A stretch of DNA of 64,000 bases from an uncultured Rivularia sp. (GTDB lineage: Bacteria; Cyanobacteriota; Cyanobacteriia; Cyanobacteriales; Nostocaceae): contig OY762007.1 of the NCBI GenBank assembly GCA_963665115.1, positions 5,824,001 to 5,888,000 on the forward strand. The letters are read 5' to 3'. Both the position numbers and the translations under genes were made by a program. A model generated the notes under the pieces. The model had not been told where the DNA came from, did not search any database, and worked only from the letters and a program-made list of their open reading frames with translations. Positions 43,797-55,678 of the stretch are shown in pieces. Position 1 is the first letter of the stretch, and every line of letters starts with the position of its first letter.

Positions 43797-45417
43797 ATGT
43801 CAACCGAACTTGAGAAAGAAATTTACGAAGAAGTTGAACGTCGTCGCAATTTTGCCATCATTTCTCACCCGGATGCTGGTAAAACTACTTTGACTGAAAA
43901 ACTACTTTTGTACGGAGGTGCCATTCACGAAGCTGGTTCTGTAAAAGCTAGACGGGCACAGCGTAAAGCTACATCTGACTGGATGGCAATGGAACAGCAA
44001 AGAGGTATTTCTATTACCTCAACGGTGTTGCAGTTCGAGTACAAAAATTGTCAAATAAATTTATTAGATACTCCCGGACACCAAGACTTTAGTGAAGATA
44101 CATATCGTACTCTCAGTGCTGCCGATAATGCAGTCATGTTGATTGACGTGGCGAAAGGTTTGGAACCCCAGACGCGAAAATTATTTGAAGTTTGTAAAAT
44201 GCGGGGTATTCCAATTTTTACTTTCATAAATAAACTCGATCGTCCTGGAAGAGAACCGCTAGAGCTTTTAGACGAAATTGAGCAAGAGTTAAATTTACAA
44301 ACTTATGCGGTAAACTGGCCTATCGGCATGGGCGATCGCTTTAAAGGTGTATTCGATCGTCAGGAGCAAAAAATCCATTTGTTTGAAAGAAGCGCCCACG
44401 GTAGTAAGGAAGCAGCAAACACGATAGTTGATTTAGGCGATGCCAAAATTGAAGAACTTCTCGAACAAGAGCTTTATCATCAACTCAAAGACGATTTGGA
44501 ATTGTTGGATGGAGTCGGCCCCCGAATTAGACATGGATTTGATCCACCAAGGCAAAATGACTCCGGTGTTTTTTGGATCGGCAATGACTAATTTCGGCGT
44601 AGAATTATTCCTCAAGAATTTTCTCAAATGCGCTCTCAAACCGGGTTCTCACAGCAGCAGCCTGGGTGAAGTTCCCCCCACTTACCCCGATTTTTCCGGT
44701 TTTGTGTTTAAGCTGCAAGCAAATATGGACCCCAAACATCGCGATCGCGTTGCTTTTATCCGCGTATGTACGGGTAGATTTGAAAAAGATATGACAGTGA
44801 ATCACGCTCGTACTGGTAAAAACGTGCGTTTATCTCGTCCGCAAAAACTTTTTGCTCAAGAGCGCGAATCTATTGATGAAGCTTATCCGGGGGATGTTAT
44901 AGGTTTAAATAATCCCGGTGTTTTTGCAATTGGCGATACAATTTACACTGGTAAAAAATTAGAATATGAGGGTATTCCCTATTTTTCACCGGAGTTATTT
45001 GCCATTTTAAGAAATCCCAATCCTTCAAAATTTAAGCAATTTCAAAAAGGTGTAACCGAATTGCGCGAAGAAGGAGCGGTGCAAATTATGTATTCGGTGG
45101 ATGAATCGAAACGCGATCCAGTTTTGGCAGCAGTGGGGCAGTTACAGCTTGAAGTTGTACAGTATCGTTTGGAAAACGAGTATGGTGTAGAAACTCGTTT
45201 GGAATATTTACCTTATAGCGTAGCCCGTTGGGTAGAAGGTGGTTGGGAAGCTTTGGAAAAGGTGGGACGTTTGTTCAACACTACCACTATGAAGGATAGT
45301 ATGGGACGACCTGTATTATTATTCCGTAATGAATGGAACACCAATCAATTAAAGCAAGATCATCCTGAGTTAAAGTTAAATGCCATAGCTCCCGTATCCG
45401 GAACTACGAAGACGTAA
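43797..45417 (+). CDS. prfC: Peptide chain release factor 3 (apparent +1 frameshift at ~44521)
   Basis: [41 protein letters not shown]; deleting one C of ccccc 44519-44523 gives GVGPELD. Confidence 0.96.
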
Positions 45418-45541
45418 ACGGTATTTATTATCCAAAAAACCTTCTTATACGGGCTTTATAGCCCGTTTGCCAATAATGGGCGATATTTGCACGACACAAT
45501 TATAATAACTATTCTTAAATACGTTTGGTGAAAGAATATCT

Positions 45542-47824
45542 ATGTCTTCACACTCCAAATCATCTTTGAAAGACGGTTTAGCTGCGCTCAAAAAAGAAGA
45601 TTACCGCGTGGCAAAAATCATCTTAGAAGATGTTGCAGCTAGGGATGATGATACCAATAAAAGCTTACAAGCCCAGGTTGGCTTAGTAGTCGCTTACTCC
45701 CGTAGCGGCGAAATTGAAATGGCGATCGCGGTGTGTGAATCTCTCGTTCAAAGCAATAATTCTCAAGTTCAACAGTGGGCAGAAAACTCTTTGAAGCAAC
45801 TGAGAAAAAAGTATCCGGAAAAAAATACGAAGCTACACTCAACAGGATTTGTTGCTTTTGAATCGTCAGAAGATGAAATAGAAGAACTATCTGAATTCCC
45901 AAGCATTACTACTCCTACTCCTACGCCACCTCCACCTCCACCTCCACCTCCACCATTATTTTCAAACTTAGAAGCGATAAATACTTCGACTTGGAAAAAA
46001 CCCGGCGAGCAAACGAAAAAAAGACCTCGTGGTGGTGAAATAGTACCCGCTTCCCAAGCAAATTCTACAAGTCCAAATGTTAACTCTAATATTCATTGGC
46101 GGTTGGGAGGAAGGGCGAAGGTATGGCAACCGCTGCCAAAAGCAAATTCTATCAAGTCTATTCGCTTGCCATTGCTGGGAATTGCAACTGGAGTTGCTTT
46201 ATTTTGGGTAGTACGGGCACTCGTACAGCTAGTAATGCAATTAATTAACGATATTTTAGTTGCGCTTCCATTTTTAGAACCAATACAATTTTTATACAAT
46301 GACCCGATTTACTTATTGCTGGGTCTATTTATCGTCGTACTAGCTGTTTCACCGTGGTTACTTGATTGGCTGCTACGTACATTTTACGGTAAAAAAGAAT
46401 TAGAACGAGAAACTTTAAAGACATATTCTCCTGAATCATTACGGGTACTACAACGTTACTGTCAACCGCGAGGCTGGAGCTTACCGAAATTAGGGGTTTT
46501 ACCGATCGCAGCACCAGTAGCATTTACTGTAGGTCATTTGCCCCGTACCGCTCGTATAATAGTTAGTCAGGGACTTTTAGAAAAACTTGCTCCCGATGAA
46601 ATCGCGGCAATAATAGCTTCTGAATTAAGTCAAATCGGCCGCGTAGATTGTGCGGTTATGTCTCTAATGTTGTCGGTGACAATGCCGATTTATAAACTAT
46701 ATCAACTGATTTCCCAACAAGGTGATAATATATCCAACCGAATTGGAGGTACAGTTGTAGGAATAATCGCTAATGGCATTTATGGAATTTGGTATTTGCT
46801 TACCGGAACGGGTTTGTGGTTATCTCGAAGAAGAGTTTTATTGAGCGATAGAATTGGCGCGGAAGTAACTGGAAACCCCAACGCATTGATTCGCGGTTTA
46901 CTCAAAATTGCGATTGGTAACGCCTCGGATATAGCTAATAAAAAACAAACACCTTGGCAATTAGAGAGTTTAAATTTATTAATCCCAGTTGGTCACGAAC
47001 AAAGTTTATGGTTAGGTAGTATCGCTGCAAATACCACCTTTGAATCGTTGCTGATGTGGGATTATCTTAATCCCTATCATCAATGGTTTGTAATAAACAA
47101 CAGCCATCCCTTAATGGGGATACGCTTGCAAAAATTATGTAAACTTGCTCGCTACTGGCACGTTGAGCCTGAAGTATACCTCGAAAGTCAGCAGTCTTTG
47201 AAGGTAAAACGCGAGTCATTCTTATTGCAAATTGCTCCTTACTTGGGCGTTTTAGCTGGCGCTGGATTAGCATTACTTGTGTGGTTGGCTTGGCACGGAT
47301 TATTTGCGCTAAATTTAATTAACCTCAAATGGATATACGACGATTGGGATTATGTTAAAGGTTTTATGCTGATCGGTTTTAGTATCGGTATTTTAATCAG
47401 AATGAATTCTTTATTTGCAAATATTGAAACTAAAAATATCCAAAAGTCCGAGTCAATAGCCGAGTTAACCACAAATCCCACAGCCTTACCTATAGATAGT
47501 ACCCCCGTTGAACTTTCGGGAAAATTATTAGGTCGTCGTGGTAGCACCAACTATTTAGGACAAGACTTAATTCTTCAAGTCGGAAATATTTTAGTGAAAT
47601 TGCATCATGTCTCCTGGTTGGGACAATCTGTTAACCCTCAAGACTTCATCGGCAAAAATGTTTCTGTCACTGGCTGGTTGCGACGAGGTGCAACACCTTG
47701 GCTGGATATTCAAACTTTAAAAACGGCTAGTGGCATTCGAGTCAACAGCCCTCATCCTATTTGGTCTACCATTTTGACAGTCGCAACCTTTGCTTGGGGA
47801 ACCTACATTGTTTTAACAGGATAA
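45542..47824 (+). CDS. HtpX/M48-like membrane protein with TPR-like N-terminus and degenerate Zn site
   Basis: PVAFTVG...IIVSQGLLEKL..DEIAAI, SDR..AEVTGNPNAL, SHPLMGIRL; the HEXXH position reads SELSQ. Confidence 0.8.
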   Translation: MSSHSKSSLKDGLAALKKEDYRVAKIILEDVAARDDDTNKSLQAQVGLVVAYSRSGEIEMAIAVCESLVQSNNSQVQQWAENSLKQLRKKYPEKNTKLHSTGFVAFESSEDEIEELSEFPSITTPTPTPPPPPPPPPPLFSNLEAINTSTWKKPGEQTKKRPRGGEIVPASQANSTSPNVNSNIHWRLGGRAKVWQPLPKANSIKSIRLPLLGIATGVALFWVVRALVQLVMQLINDILVALPFLEPIQFLYNDPIYLLLGLFIVVLAVSPWLLDWLLRTFYGKKELERETLKTYSPESLRVLQRYCQPRGWSLPKLGVLPIAAPVAFTVGHLPRTARIIVSQGLLEKLAPDEIAAIIASELSQIGRVDCAVMSLMLSVTMPIYKLYQLISQQGDNISNRIGGTVVGIIANGIYGIWYLLTGTGLWLSRRRVLLSDRIGAEVTGNPNALIRGLLKIAIGNASDIANKKQTPWQLESLNLLIPVGHEQSLWLGSIAANTTFESLLMWDYLNPYHQWFVINNSHPLMGIRLQKLCKLARYWHVEPEVYLESQQSLKVKRESFLLQIAPYLGVLAGAGLALLVWLAWHGLFALNLINLKWIYDDWDYVKGFMLIGFSIGILIRMNSLFANIETKNIQKSESIAELTTNPTALPIDSTPVELSGKLLGRRGSTNYLGQDLILQVGNILVKLHHVSWLGQSVNPQDFIGKNVSVTGWLRRGATPWLDIQTLKTASGIRVNSPHPIWSTILTVATFAWGTYIVLTG

Positions 47825-48439
47825 TCAAACAGGAGCAGTTCATGGATTAAAAATACTTTTGTAAATAAAATTTGCCAAATCTCAAACAAAATGTTACATT
47901 TATTAACACTAACTACTGCTAGCTCAAACCAGAAAGCTATAGGCTTAATTAATGTATGAGGCTGTTTGCGCTACTGTATCCCCCTTTCGTCCTTTCAACA
48001 CAGCAGGAAATGAACTCGCATCTGACTGGTTTTTGTTTCTTGAAAGGGTATGCTTTACGAAAAAAATGTATTTTATGCTACTATGCATTAATGACTGGGC
48101 TAGAAATGTCTGTGCTGAACTAGTTGTGCTAAGAATTGCGTGATATTGTAGGAAATGGTGTTTAAATCTTCATAATAAAAGAGCATTGAATCAGTTTTGT
48201 TTTGCAAGAAGTATAATGCAGAATTTATAAATTTTGGGATTAACCTGTTTGCACGTTCAAATGTGTAATTTTGCATAAAAAAATCAACTTGGCGAAAAAC
48301 TGTATTGTAAAGATTGACAGTTTGGAGTAAAAAGATGGTTCGCGGCAATGTTAGTTAATAACAGATGTCCGTCATCTATAAACCCAAGTTTTTGTTTTAA
48401 ACCCGCTCCTAAACATCTAACCATATTGGAGGTTCTTTC

Positions 48440-48937
48440 ATGTCCATTCGCCTATACATAGGCAATTTGCCAAAAGAAGAAATAGATAAATCCGAATTGC
48501 AAGCAGTTTTTGCTGAAGAAGGTAGCAGTATCACGACTAAATTAATCAAAGATCGTAAGACAGGAAAATGTCGCGGCTTTGGTTTTATGACTGTGAACAA
48601 CGATGAACAAGCAGACCAAATTATTGAAAAATATAATGGTTTGATGTTCAAGGAATCTCCTATTAAGTTGGAGAAAGCATTACCTCGCACTAAGAGTAGT
48701 GAGGAAGGAGAAGAAATTCAGCAGCCTTCTAAAGCATCAACACCAGTACCCGCTGCTGTTAGTGGTTCTGCTACTACCGGAATTAGTAAGAGTAAGAAAA
48801 AATCTCGTCGCGGTAGCAATTCTAAAGATAGCAGCAGTTCAAGCAGTTCTTCGTCAGATGGGGTTTCTCCAGATCCTCGTTGGGCTACAGAGCTAGAGAA
48901 GTTGAAGGAAATGCTTGCCGCTCAGACTACTAATTAG
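48440..48937 (+). CDS. rbpG: RRM RNA-binding protein, Rbp3/RbpG class
   Basis: RLYIGNLP (RNP2), RGFGFMTV (RNP1), C-terminal PDPRWA motif. Confidence 0.82.
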   Translation: MSIRLYIGNLPKEEIDKSELQAVFAEEGSSITTKLIKDRKTGKCRGFGFMTVNNDEQADQIIEKYNGLMFKESPIKLEKALPRTKSSEEGEEIQQPSKASTPVPAAVSGSATTGISKSKKKSRRGSNSKDSSSSSSSSSDGVSPDPRWATELEKLKEMLAAQTTN

Positions 48938-49491
48938 TTCATGAATTAGGAAGAATGGATTAGCCCACCGAGTTCGCAATTTGGGGTACAATTTCCCTTC
49001 TTATTTCTTAGGTTGGGCTTATCAAGCTTCCTTTTTATTTATAGTAGTTGCTTAGTAGTTGCTTATAAATTAGCTATTTTGATGCGCTATGCTATCTGAA
49101 GCGTCATCTCTATAAGTAGTTAAGCCCGGATTATTTATATAATTACTACTGTGTTATGTAACCGTTCCCTGTCCCCCCCCCCAACCCATTCCCTATCCAA
49201 ACAAAATATTCAATTAATGAAGGCAAAGGTACTTATAAACCATAAAAGACATTAATCCTTAATCTCAGCTATTGAAAGAGATTTTTCTAAACAAAGGATT
49301 TTCCATAGCCGCTCGATTGAAATGGTGTACAATAATTTTCCTCAATCTCTCTTCAAGGAAATATAATTTTCATCTCTACATCACCACCTATTTCTTTTCT
49401 ACGTCTACATATAGTAAGCATTTTAGTGATTTTCACTAAAACAATTTTTGTTCTTCAGTAGTTGGTATAGTGAAATCTGATAATAAAGCTC

Positions 49492-49507
49492 TGTAACACT
49501 TACTACA
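49492..49507. promoter_or_regulatory. Putative NtcA box (distal)
   Basis: tGTAacacttacTACa matches GTA-N8-TAC. Confidence 0.4.
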
Positions 49508-49868
49508 CTTGAATTACGAACCTCTATAAATAAAATTATTTATTAATATCTAATATCATCTTTTACTTTGTTACCCGTTCCTTATTTCCTTATTGAAACT
49601 GATTACTCAGCATAAGACGTACTGAAGAACCACAATTTTTGTTTTAAAAGAGCTATTGGCGCACAATATTGGTTGCACAGTAGTTGAACTGACGTTTGTC
49701 ACTGTATTTCTTAGATAAAACGTTAACTATAAAGAAATCGTATAGGATACATATTTTTCAGTTCCGCTACAAGGGTATAAAACTTTACGTTTAGATATGC
49801 TATAAACCTTTCTGTAAACTTGTGAAAAAAGTAGCCAAAAGCACAATTTATTTTGCAGAGACGTACTA

Positions 49869-49884
49869 TGTATAGTTAGTTACA
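49869..49884. promoter_or_regulatory. Putative NtcA box (proximal) upstream of the sps gene
   Basis: tGTAtagttagtTACa matches GTA-N8-TAC. Confidence 0.45.
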
Positions 49885-50329
49885 TATTTTTAGATAGCTA
49901 TTATTTTTTAGTATCTTTGAAAAAGTAATGAACATTGATTTACTGTTTTCAATGAAATTTAATTTAAGTATAAATACTAAATCTGTAAGTATGTTTAGTG
50001 CCATCTATGGTATTTTTATGTTCAAAGTATAGAAATTAAATAGTCATAAATAATACTTACAAGCATAGATATATTGCAATAAATATGACTTTAAGTAAGT
50101 GATATCCAAGGTATTGGGAAATACTAGTATATAGTTTATCGCATTGCATTAAGCCATATTATTACTGAAGTTACAGGAGTAAAAGTAATTGCAAATAAGC
50201 AAAAATAGTTCACATCTTAAATTAAAATAAAGATTACATGAACATTTACAACGAATTTGGTTTTAGAGGCTGACGTACTTTGAAGAGTAGTTGTCCTTAC
50301 AAGTCAAACACATAATTAACCAATAAACT

Positions 50330-51601
50330 ATGAACCTTGCAACAGAACAACGCATCGCCTTGATTTCAGTCCACGGCGACCCCAGCGATTGAAATAGGTA
50401 AGGAAGAAGCTGGAGGGCAAAACGTTTACGTTCGTCATGTAGGGGAAGCATTAGCTGAACTTGGATGGCAAGTTGATATGTTTACCCGTAAAGTAAATGT
50501 CGAGCAAGAAGATATTGTTTGGCATTCTCCAAATTGTCGAACAATTCGCTTGAAAGCAGGTAATGTTGATTTTGTACCGCGCGATCATATTTTTGAACAT
50601 TTACCAGAATTTGTCGATAATTTTCTCAAATTCCAACAAGATAACGAAACTATATATTCTTTAATTCATACTAATTATTGGCTTTCTAGCTGGGTTGGTA
50701 TGCAGCTAAGACAAAAGCAAGGAAGCCAAGTAGTACATACATACCATTCACTTGGAGCAGTTAAATACAATACTGTAAAAACTGTTCCTTTAGTTGCTAG
50801 TACCCGTTTGGGAACAGAAAAACAGATATTAGAAACGGCGCAAAGAATTGTTGCAACTTCGCCGCAAGAAGAAGAACATATGCGTACCCTTGTTTCGACA
50901 AAAGGAAACATAGATGTAATTCCTTGCGGTACAGATATCGAACGCTTTGGTTGCGTTGACAGAAAAACATCCAGAATGGAACTGGGAATCAATCCCGAGA
51001 CTAAGCTTGTATTGTATGTAGGACGTTTCGACCACCGCAAAGGTATTGAAACCTTAGTACGTGCAGTGGGACAATCTAAATTATTTGGTAGGGAAGACTT
51101 CAAGTTAATGATTTGTGGAGGAAGTCGAGCAGGGGACACAGTGATGGTGATGAGTGCGAACGAATAAAGAAAATTGTTGCAGAATTGGGAATGAATCAGA
51201 TGACGGAATTTCCGGGTCGCGTCAGTCAAGAACATTTACCATTTTACTATGGTGCTGCTGACGTTTGCGTTGTTCCGAGTCATTACGAACCTTTTGGGCT
51301 GGTAGCTATCGAAGCAATGGCAAGCTTTACGCCAGTAGTTGCAAGTGATGTTGGCGGACTTCAGTTTACTGTTGTCAATGAAGAAACTGGTTTGTTGGCA
51401 CCACCGCAAGATGTTCGGGCTTTTGCGAATGCTATTGATAGAATTCTACTGGATGCTCAATGGGGTGAAAAATTAGGTAAAGCTGCGAGAAAGCGTGTTG
51501 AAAATAAATTTAGTTGGGATGGGGTTGCAATGCAATTGGGCGAACTCTATAAAAATTTATTGCAGCAATCTGTAGAGCAGCCTATGGTAGTCAACAGTTA
51601 A
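50330..51601 (+). CDS. spsB: GT4 glycosyltransferase, sucrose-phosphate synthase SpsB-like (apparent frameshifts at ~50381 and ~51133)
   Basis: RIALISVHGDP|AIEIGKEEAGGQNVYV, HTNYWLS, HTYHSLG, YVGRFDHRKG, PSHYEPFGLVAIEAMA; follows rbpG as recalled for Anabaena spsB. Confidence 0.75.
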
Positions 51602-52207
51602 CAGTAGTAACACATAAATAATGGGGAATCGGTAATTGCGAGCAGGGAATTTACGGTAATTAACTTAAATTTCTATTGAAGAAGAAGAGGGTCGATTCCT
51701 ATTGTACGCTCGTTACTGCCGATTGCCCATTATCAGTTATTTTTTGATAGCGAATACCTGTAAGGGTACAAGTTATTTCAGGGAGTAGGGAGTAGGTAAA
51801 GAACAAAACTTAAAACTCCCTGGCTCTGATAGAGAATAATTCAAGATATGAAAACAATATAATTTGCAAATTTTATATAAACATTCAATTTTAATACACG
51901 TATTTATACTCCCAACTAAACTTAATTAGTAAGAGTTTTTTGAGATACAAGTAATTGTGATCAACTATATCTAAGTGTTTTTCAGTAAAAATAGAAAATA
52001 CTTAATCCGAACAAAAAGTTTCAATAAAAGACAGATTTTTTTATCGACATTCTTGCTTAATAAGGTTTTAATTAGATACATAAGCAACCGAAACCTTCAA
52101 CAGTTACTTTCAAATTAATGTTGTTTGCTTGTACCGAAGGAAGATATATAAATCTAGAAGTTTAAGTAAATAATCAAGATGAATTCGAGTAATTGATAAG
52201 ATTTCGC

Positions 52208-53015
52208 ATGGGTGCATTTTATCCAATTTCTGCTGTATCAAGCTTTCTTGCTACTACAATCAATTGGCTGAATAAATTTAAACTTAACAAAGAAAATCAG
52301 TGCACGTACTTCACTATTTGCTTTATCCTTCACTGCTCTTGGGTTCTTAACTGCACCAAATTCAGCCCAAGCTATGACTTTAGTTAATAATACTAATTTT
52401 AATGATGCAGACTTCAACTCTTTAATCGATAACGGACAATTTTCGGAGTTGTTTGTTGGTGAAGGAAGAATTGGGGATAGAGGAGGTAATGCACAGAAAG
52501 AATTAAAAATTAATGGTGATGTAGCTGAAGGTGCTAAAGTTTCAGAAGAAACACAGTTTAACTGGGGAAATGGCGAAAAATATGACTTCAGCTTAGAATA
52601 CGACGGAAGTACGGTAAACTATATGCTCGGCGGTAAAACCCTTACTAGCACCGATTTCAACGGCCCAATAAATAGTATTTTCTTCCGTACCAGTGCCTGG
52701 GAAAATACCACAACTTCTTTGACCGATCTTATGTTTAACGGTACAGCAATTGGGGATTTAACTTCCAGTGAAAGTGGTAGTCGCGATATTGATTATCTCC
52801 AACTTAAGGATGTATCTTCCCCTTTCAAGATTACAGGTAAAGCATCAATGACTTGGCAAGGGACAGCTCCTAGAGGTTCTCGCAATGCTTTTCAAATCAA
52901 AGTAGGTAATTCACCAACCAGCGTACCCGAACCCGGCACAATCGGCGCAATATTTATAACTGGGATGACTGGTTTAGGCTTGAGCAAAAAGAAGAAAAAA
53001 GATCAAGAGATTTAA
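52208..53015 (+). CDS. PEP-CTERM surface protein, probably choice-of-anchor W type (apparent +1 frameshift at ~52278)
   Basis: C-terminal VPEPGT-TM-KKKKK; signal peptide KKISARTSLFALSFTALGFLTAPNSAQA is in frame upstream of the track start and joins ATG 52208 if one T is removed. Confidence 0.78.
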
Positions 53016-53053
53016 TGAAAAACAAGTGCATCAACTGTATTACGATCTAATTT

Positions 53054-53096
53054 ATATTAAATATTAAATATTAAATATTAAATATTAAACATTAAA
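53054..53096. repeat. (ATTAAAT)n heptamer repeat
   Basis: atattaaatattaaatattaaatattaaatattaaacattaaa. Confidence 0.8.
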
Positions 53097-53264
53097 TAGA
53101 GTTGCATCGCCTTGTTTAATTAAAAAAAATTTTCTCGTCTTCCCCCTAAAGATAGTTAATTTTACAAATGCACGTCTTGGATATATCTATATCTAAAGAC
53201 GTGCATCTATTGTTTCAATCGAGCTATACTGACGAACATTAACGCCCTTAAAAGAAAAATCGCT

Positions 53265-54986
53265 GTGCAAACATTTGACTATACTACTTTAAGTGCAGTT
53301 TGCAGCGATATCCGTGCTAACTGGCTACCATCACGCCTCGAACAAGTTTATCAGCGCGATCGCTACACTATTGCAATTGCACTTCGTACTCTTAAAAGTC
53401 GGGGTTGGCTTGAAGTTTCCTGGCATCCCCAAGCTGCTCGCATTCATATCGGTTCTCCACCACCGCGATCGCCAGATACATTTACTTTTTCTCAACAATT
53501 GGTTCACCAGTTAGGTGGTTTAGCTCTGGTGACAATTGAGACAATTGCTCCTTGGGAACGTGCGGTAGACTTACAATTCGCTCGTCGTCCGGGAGAGCCA
53601 GCTTTATATCACCTGTATGTAGAAATCATGGGCAAGTACAGCAACGTGATTCTTACGGATGCTAACAATATAATTATTACCGCCGGTCGTCAAATTAGTG
53701 AAAAAAAATCAAGCATTCGCCCTATCTTAACTGGAGAAGTTTACCAACAACCACCAAAGCTGACTACGGCTATTCCCAGTTTGGATGAATCACAACAAGA
53801 TTGGTACGAAAGGGTAAGCTTGATACCCGGAGCAATCAAGAGTCAGTTGCCTAAAAACTATCGTGGTGTTTCTCCTACTTTAGTACAATCAATGCTTGTA
53901 GCGGCAAATCTTAGTACAGAAAGTACAACCGATAAACTGACATCGAAACAATGGCAAGGATTATTTAAGCAATGGCATATTTGGCTTAAGGCTTTGCAAG
54001 AAGAGAACTTTCAACCGGCTTGGACTGAAAGTGGTTATACCGTACTTGGCTGGGGTGCAGTTGAAAAAGTAAAAGATATTCAAGAGTTACTCAACCGCTA
54101 CTATACCGATAAATTTAATCAACAGATATTTGCTCAGCTAAAACATCAACTTAGTCAGAAACTGAGTAATATCTTAGGAAAATTGCGTACCAAAGCTCAA
54201 AATTTTGAAAAACGCTTGCAACAGTCGGAACAATCCGATGAATATCGTACCCAAGCCGATTTATTAATGGCTTATCTGCAAGAATGGGAACCGGGGATGG
54301 AAGAAATTACTTTGGCTGATTTCGAGACGAACGAACCAGTAAAAATTAAATTGCAACCTGATAAAAACGCAGTACAAAACGCACAAAAACTTTATAAGCA
54401 GCATCAAAAACTCAAACGTGCCCGTACAGCAGTAGAACCTTTACTGGCAGAAGTAAATGCTGAAATCGAATATTTAGAACAAGTTGAAGCAGCGATTTCT
54501 CAAATTGACAGCTACCTTGAGGCTGAAGATTTACAGGCTTTAGAAGAAATCCGCGAAGAATTGATTGCACAAAAATATTTGGAAGACTCGGAATACCGCA
54601 GACGTGGTTCTAACGATGCGACTACAAACTTTCATCGTCACCAAACACCAAGCGGTTTTGAAGTATTAATCGGACGTAACAACCGTCAAAATGACCAGCT
54701 AACTTTTCGGGTTGCTGGAGATTATGACTTATGGTTTCACGCTCAAGAAATTCCCGGAAGTCACTTATTATTAAGGTTAGAACCCGGTGCAGTACCCGAA
54801 GAAAATGATTTACAGTTTACGGCAAATCTTGCAGCATATTACAGTCGCGCTCGTCAAAGCGAACAAGTACCAGTTATTTACACTCCTACCAAGCACGTTT
54901 ATAAACCAAAAGGAGCAAAACCAGGAATTGCTATTTACAAGCAGGAAACTATACTCTGGGGAAAACCGCAATCTGTTAAGAGTTAG
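53265..54986 (+). CDS. rqcH: NFACT/Rqc2 (RqcH/FbpA-like) ribosome quality control protein
   Basis: LYVEIMGKYSNVIL, NAQKLYK, IGRNNRQND, WFHAQEIPGSH, AAYYSRAR, KPKGAKPG. Confidence 0.9.
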   Translation: MQTFDYTTLSAVCSDIRANWLPSRLEQVYQRDRYTIAIALRTLKSRGWLEVSWHPQAARIHIGSPPPRSPDTFTFSQQLVHQLGGLALVTIETIAPWERAVDLQFARRPGEPALYHLYVEIMGKYSNVILTDANNIIITAGRQISEKKSSIRPILTGEVYQQPPKLTTAIPSLDESQQDWYERVSLIPGAIKSQLPKNYRGVSPTLVQSMLVAANLSTESTTDKLTSKQWQGLFKQWHIWLKALQEENFQPAWTESGYTVLGWGAVEKVKDIQELLNRYYTDKFNQQIFAQLKHQLSQKLSNILGKLRTKAQNFEKRLQQSEQSDEYRTQADLLMAYLQEWEPGMEEITLADFETNEPVKIKLQPDKNAVQNAQKLYKQHQKLKRARTAVEPLLAEVNAEIEYLEQVEAAISQIDSYLEAEDLQALEEIREELIAQKYLEDSEYRRRGSNDATTNFHRHQTPSGFEVLIGRNNRQNDQLTFRVAGDYDLWFHAQEIPGSHLLLRLEPGAVPEENDLQFTANLAAYYSRARQSEQVPVIYTPTKHVYKPKGAKPGIAIYKQETILWGKPQSVKS

Positions 54987-55678
54987 GAGTTAGGAATTTT
55001 CTGTATATCTCCTTTTGTTTCTTTTTCTCCTTGTCTCATCATCCCCCATCTCCTTATCCTTTTGTCCTCGGATGCCGATCAATTACTATGCATATTGAAT
55101 TATGGTTAAAGATTTTGGCTCAATATTTATGTAAATATCTTTTTTTGATAAATTTTCAGGAAAATTTTGTACTGCCTGTTACAATATTGTAAAGAAAGAT
55201 TACCCGAGGCGTTTTGGGAACGCGAAATTTTGGGTCTAACTTTATTGAGAAGACAACACGAATAAAAATATTACAGACCAGCTTTGGGAAGCTGGTCTTT
55301 TTGTTGTAATTATTTATTACAATCTTGCTCTAGGGATAAACAATTTTTAGAAAGACATAGTAATTGCAATTCATTTCTATGTTCTTTTAACCAATTACCA
55401 TTAATTTACATAGGTGCAAACAAAGTTGACCCACAAATTTACTTTAACATTAGTGAATATACTTAATTTATATTTTGATTATATCATAAAAAAAATATCG
55501 TGTATAAAATACTCTAGTGCCATATTTGGCAAAGCTTTTGATTGAATATAATTCAGTGGAGAAGTCTAATTTAACCATTTAAAATCAAACGCAAAAAAAC
55601 CGGGTTTTTAACGAACAACTAATATTTTTAAATTGCTCGAATTAAATATTCCCGATTTTTTTTACTGGATACGAGGAT

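Noticed and set aside
43797..45417. Programmed frameshift in a release factor gene
   Set aside because: That mechanism belongs to prfB (CTT TGA); this is prfC, and the shift matches the window-wide homopolymer insertion pattern
51618..51733. Long imperfect inverted repeat after the sps gene
   Set aside because: Looks like a terminator or degenerate repeat pair; no evidence of mobility in the window
53169..53206. Palindrome tgcacgtctt...aagacgtgca resembling the element's operators
   Set aside because: Different spacing and outside the island; more likely a terminator or REP remnant
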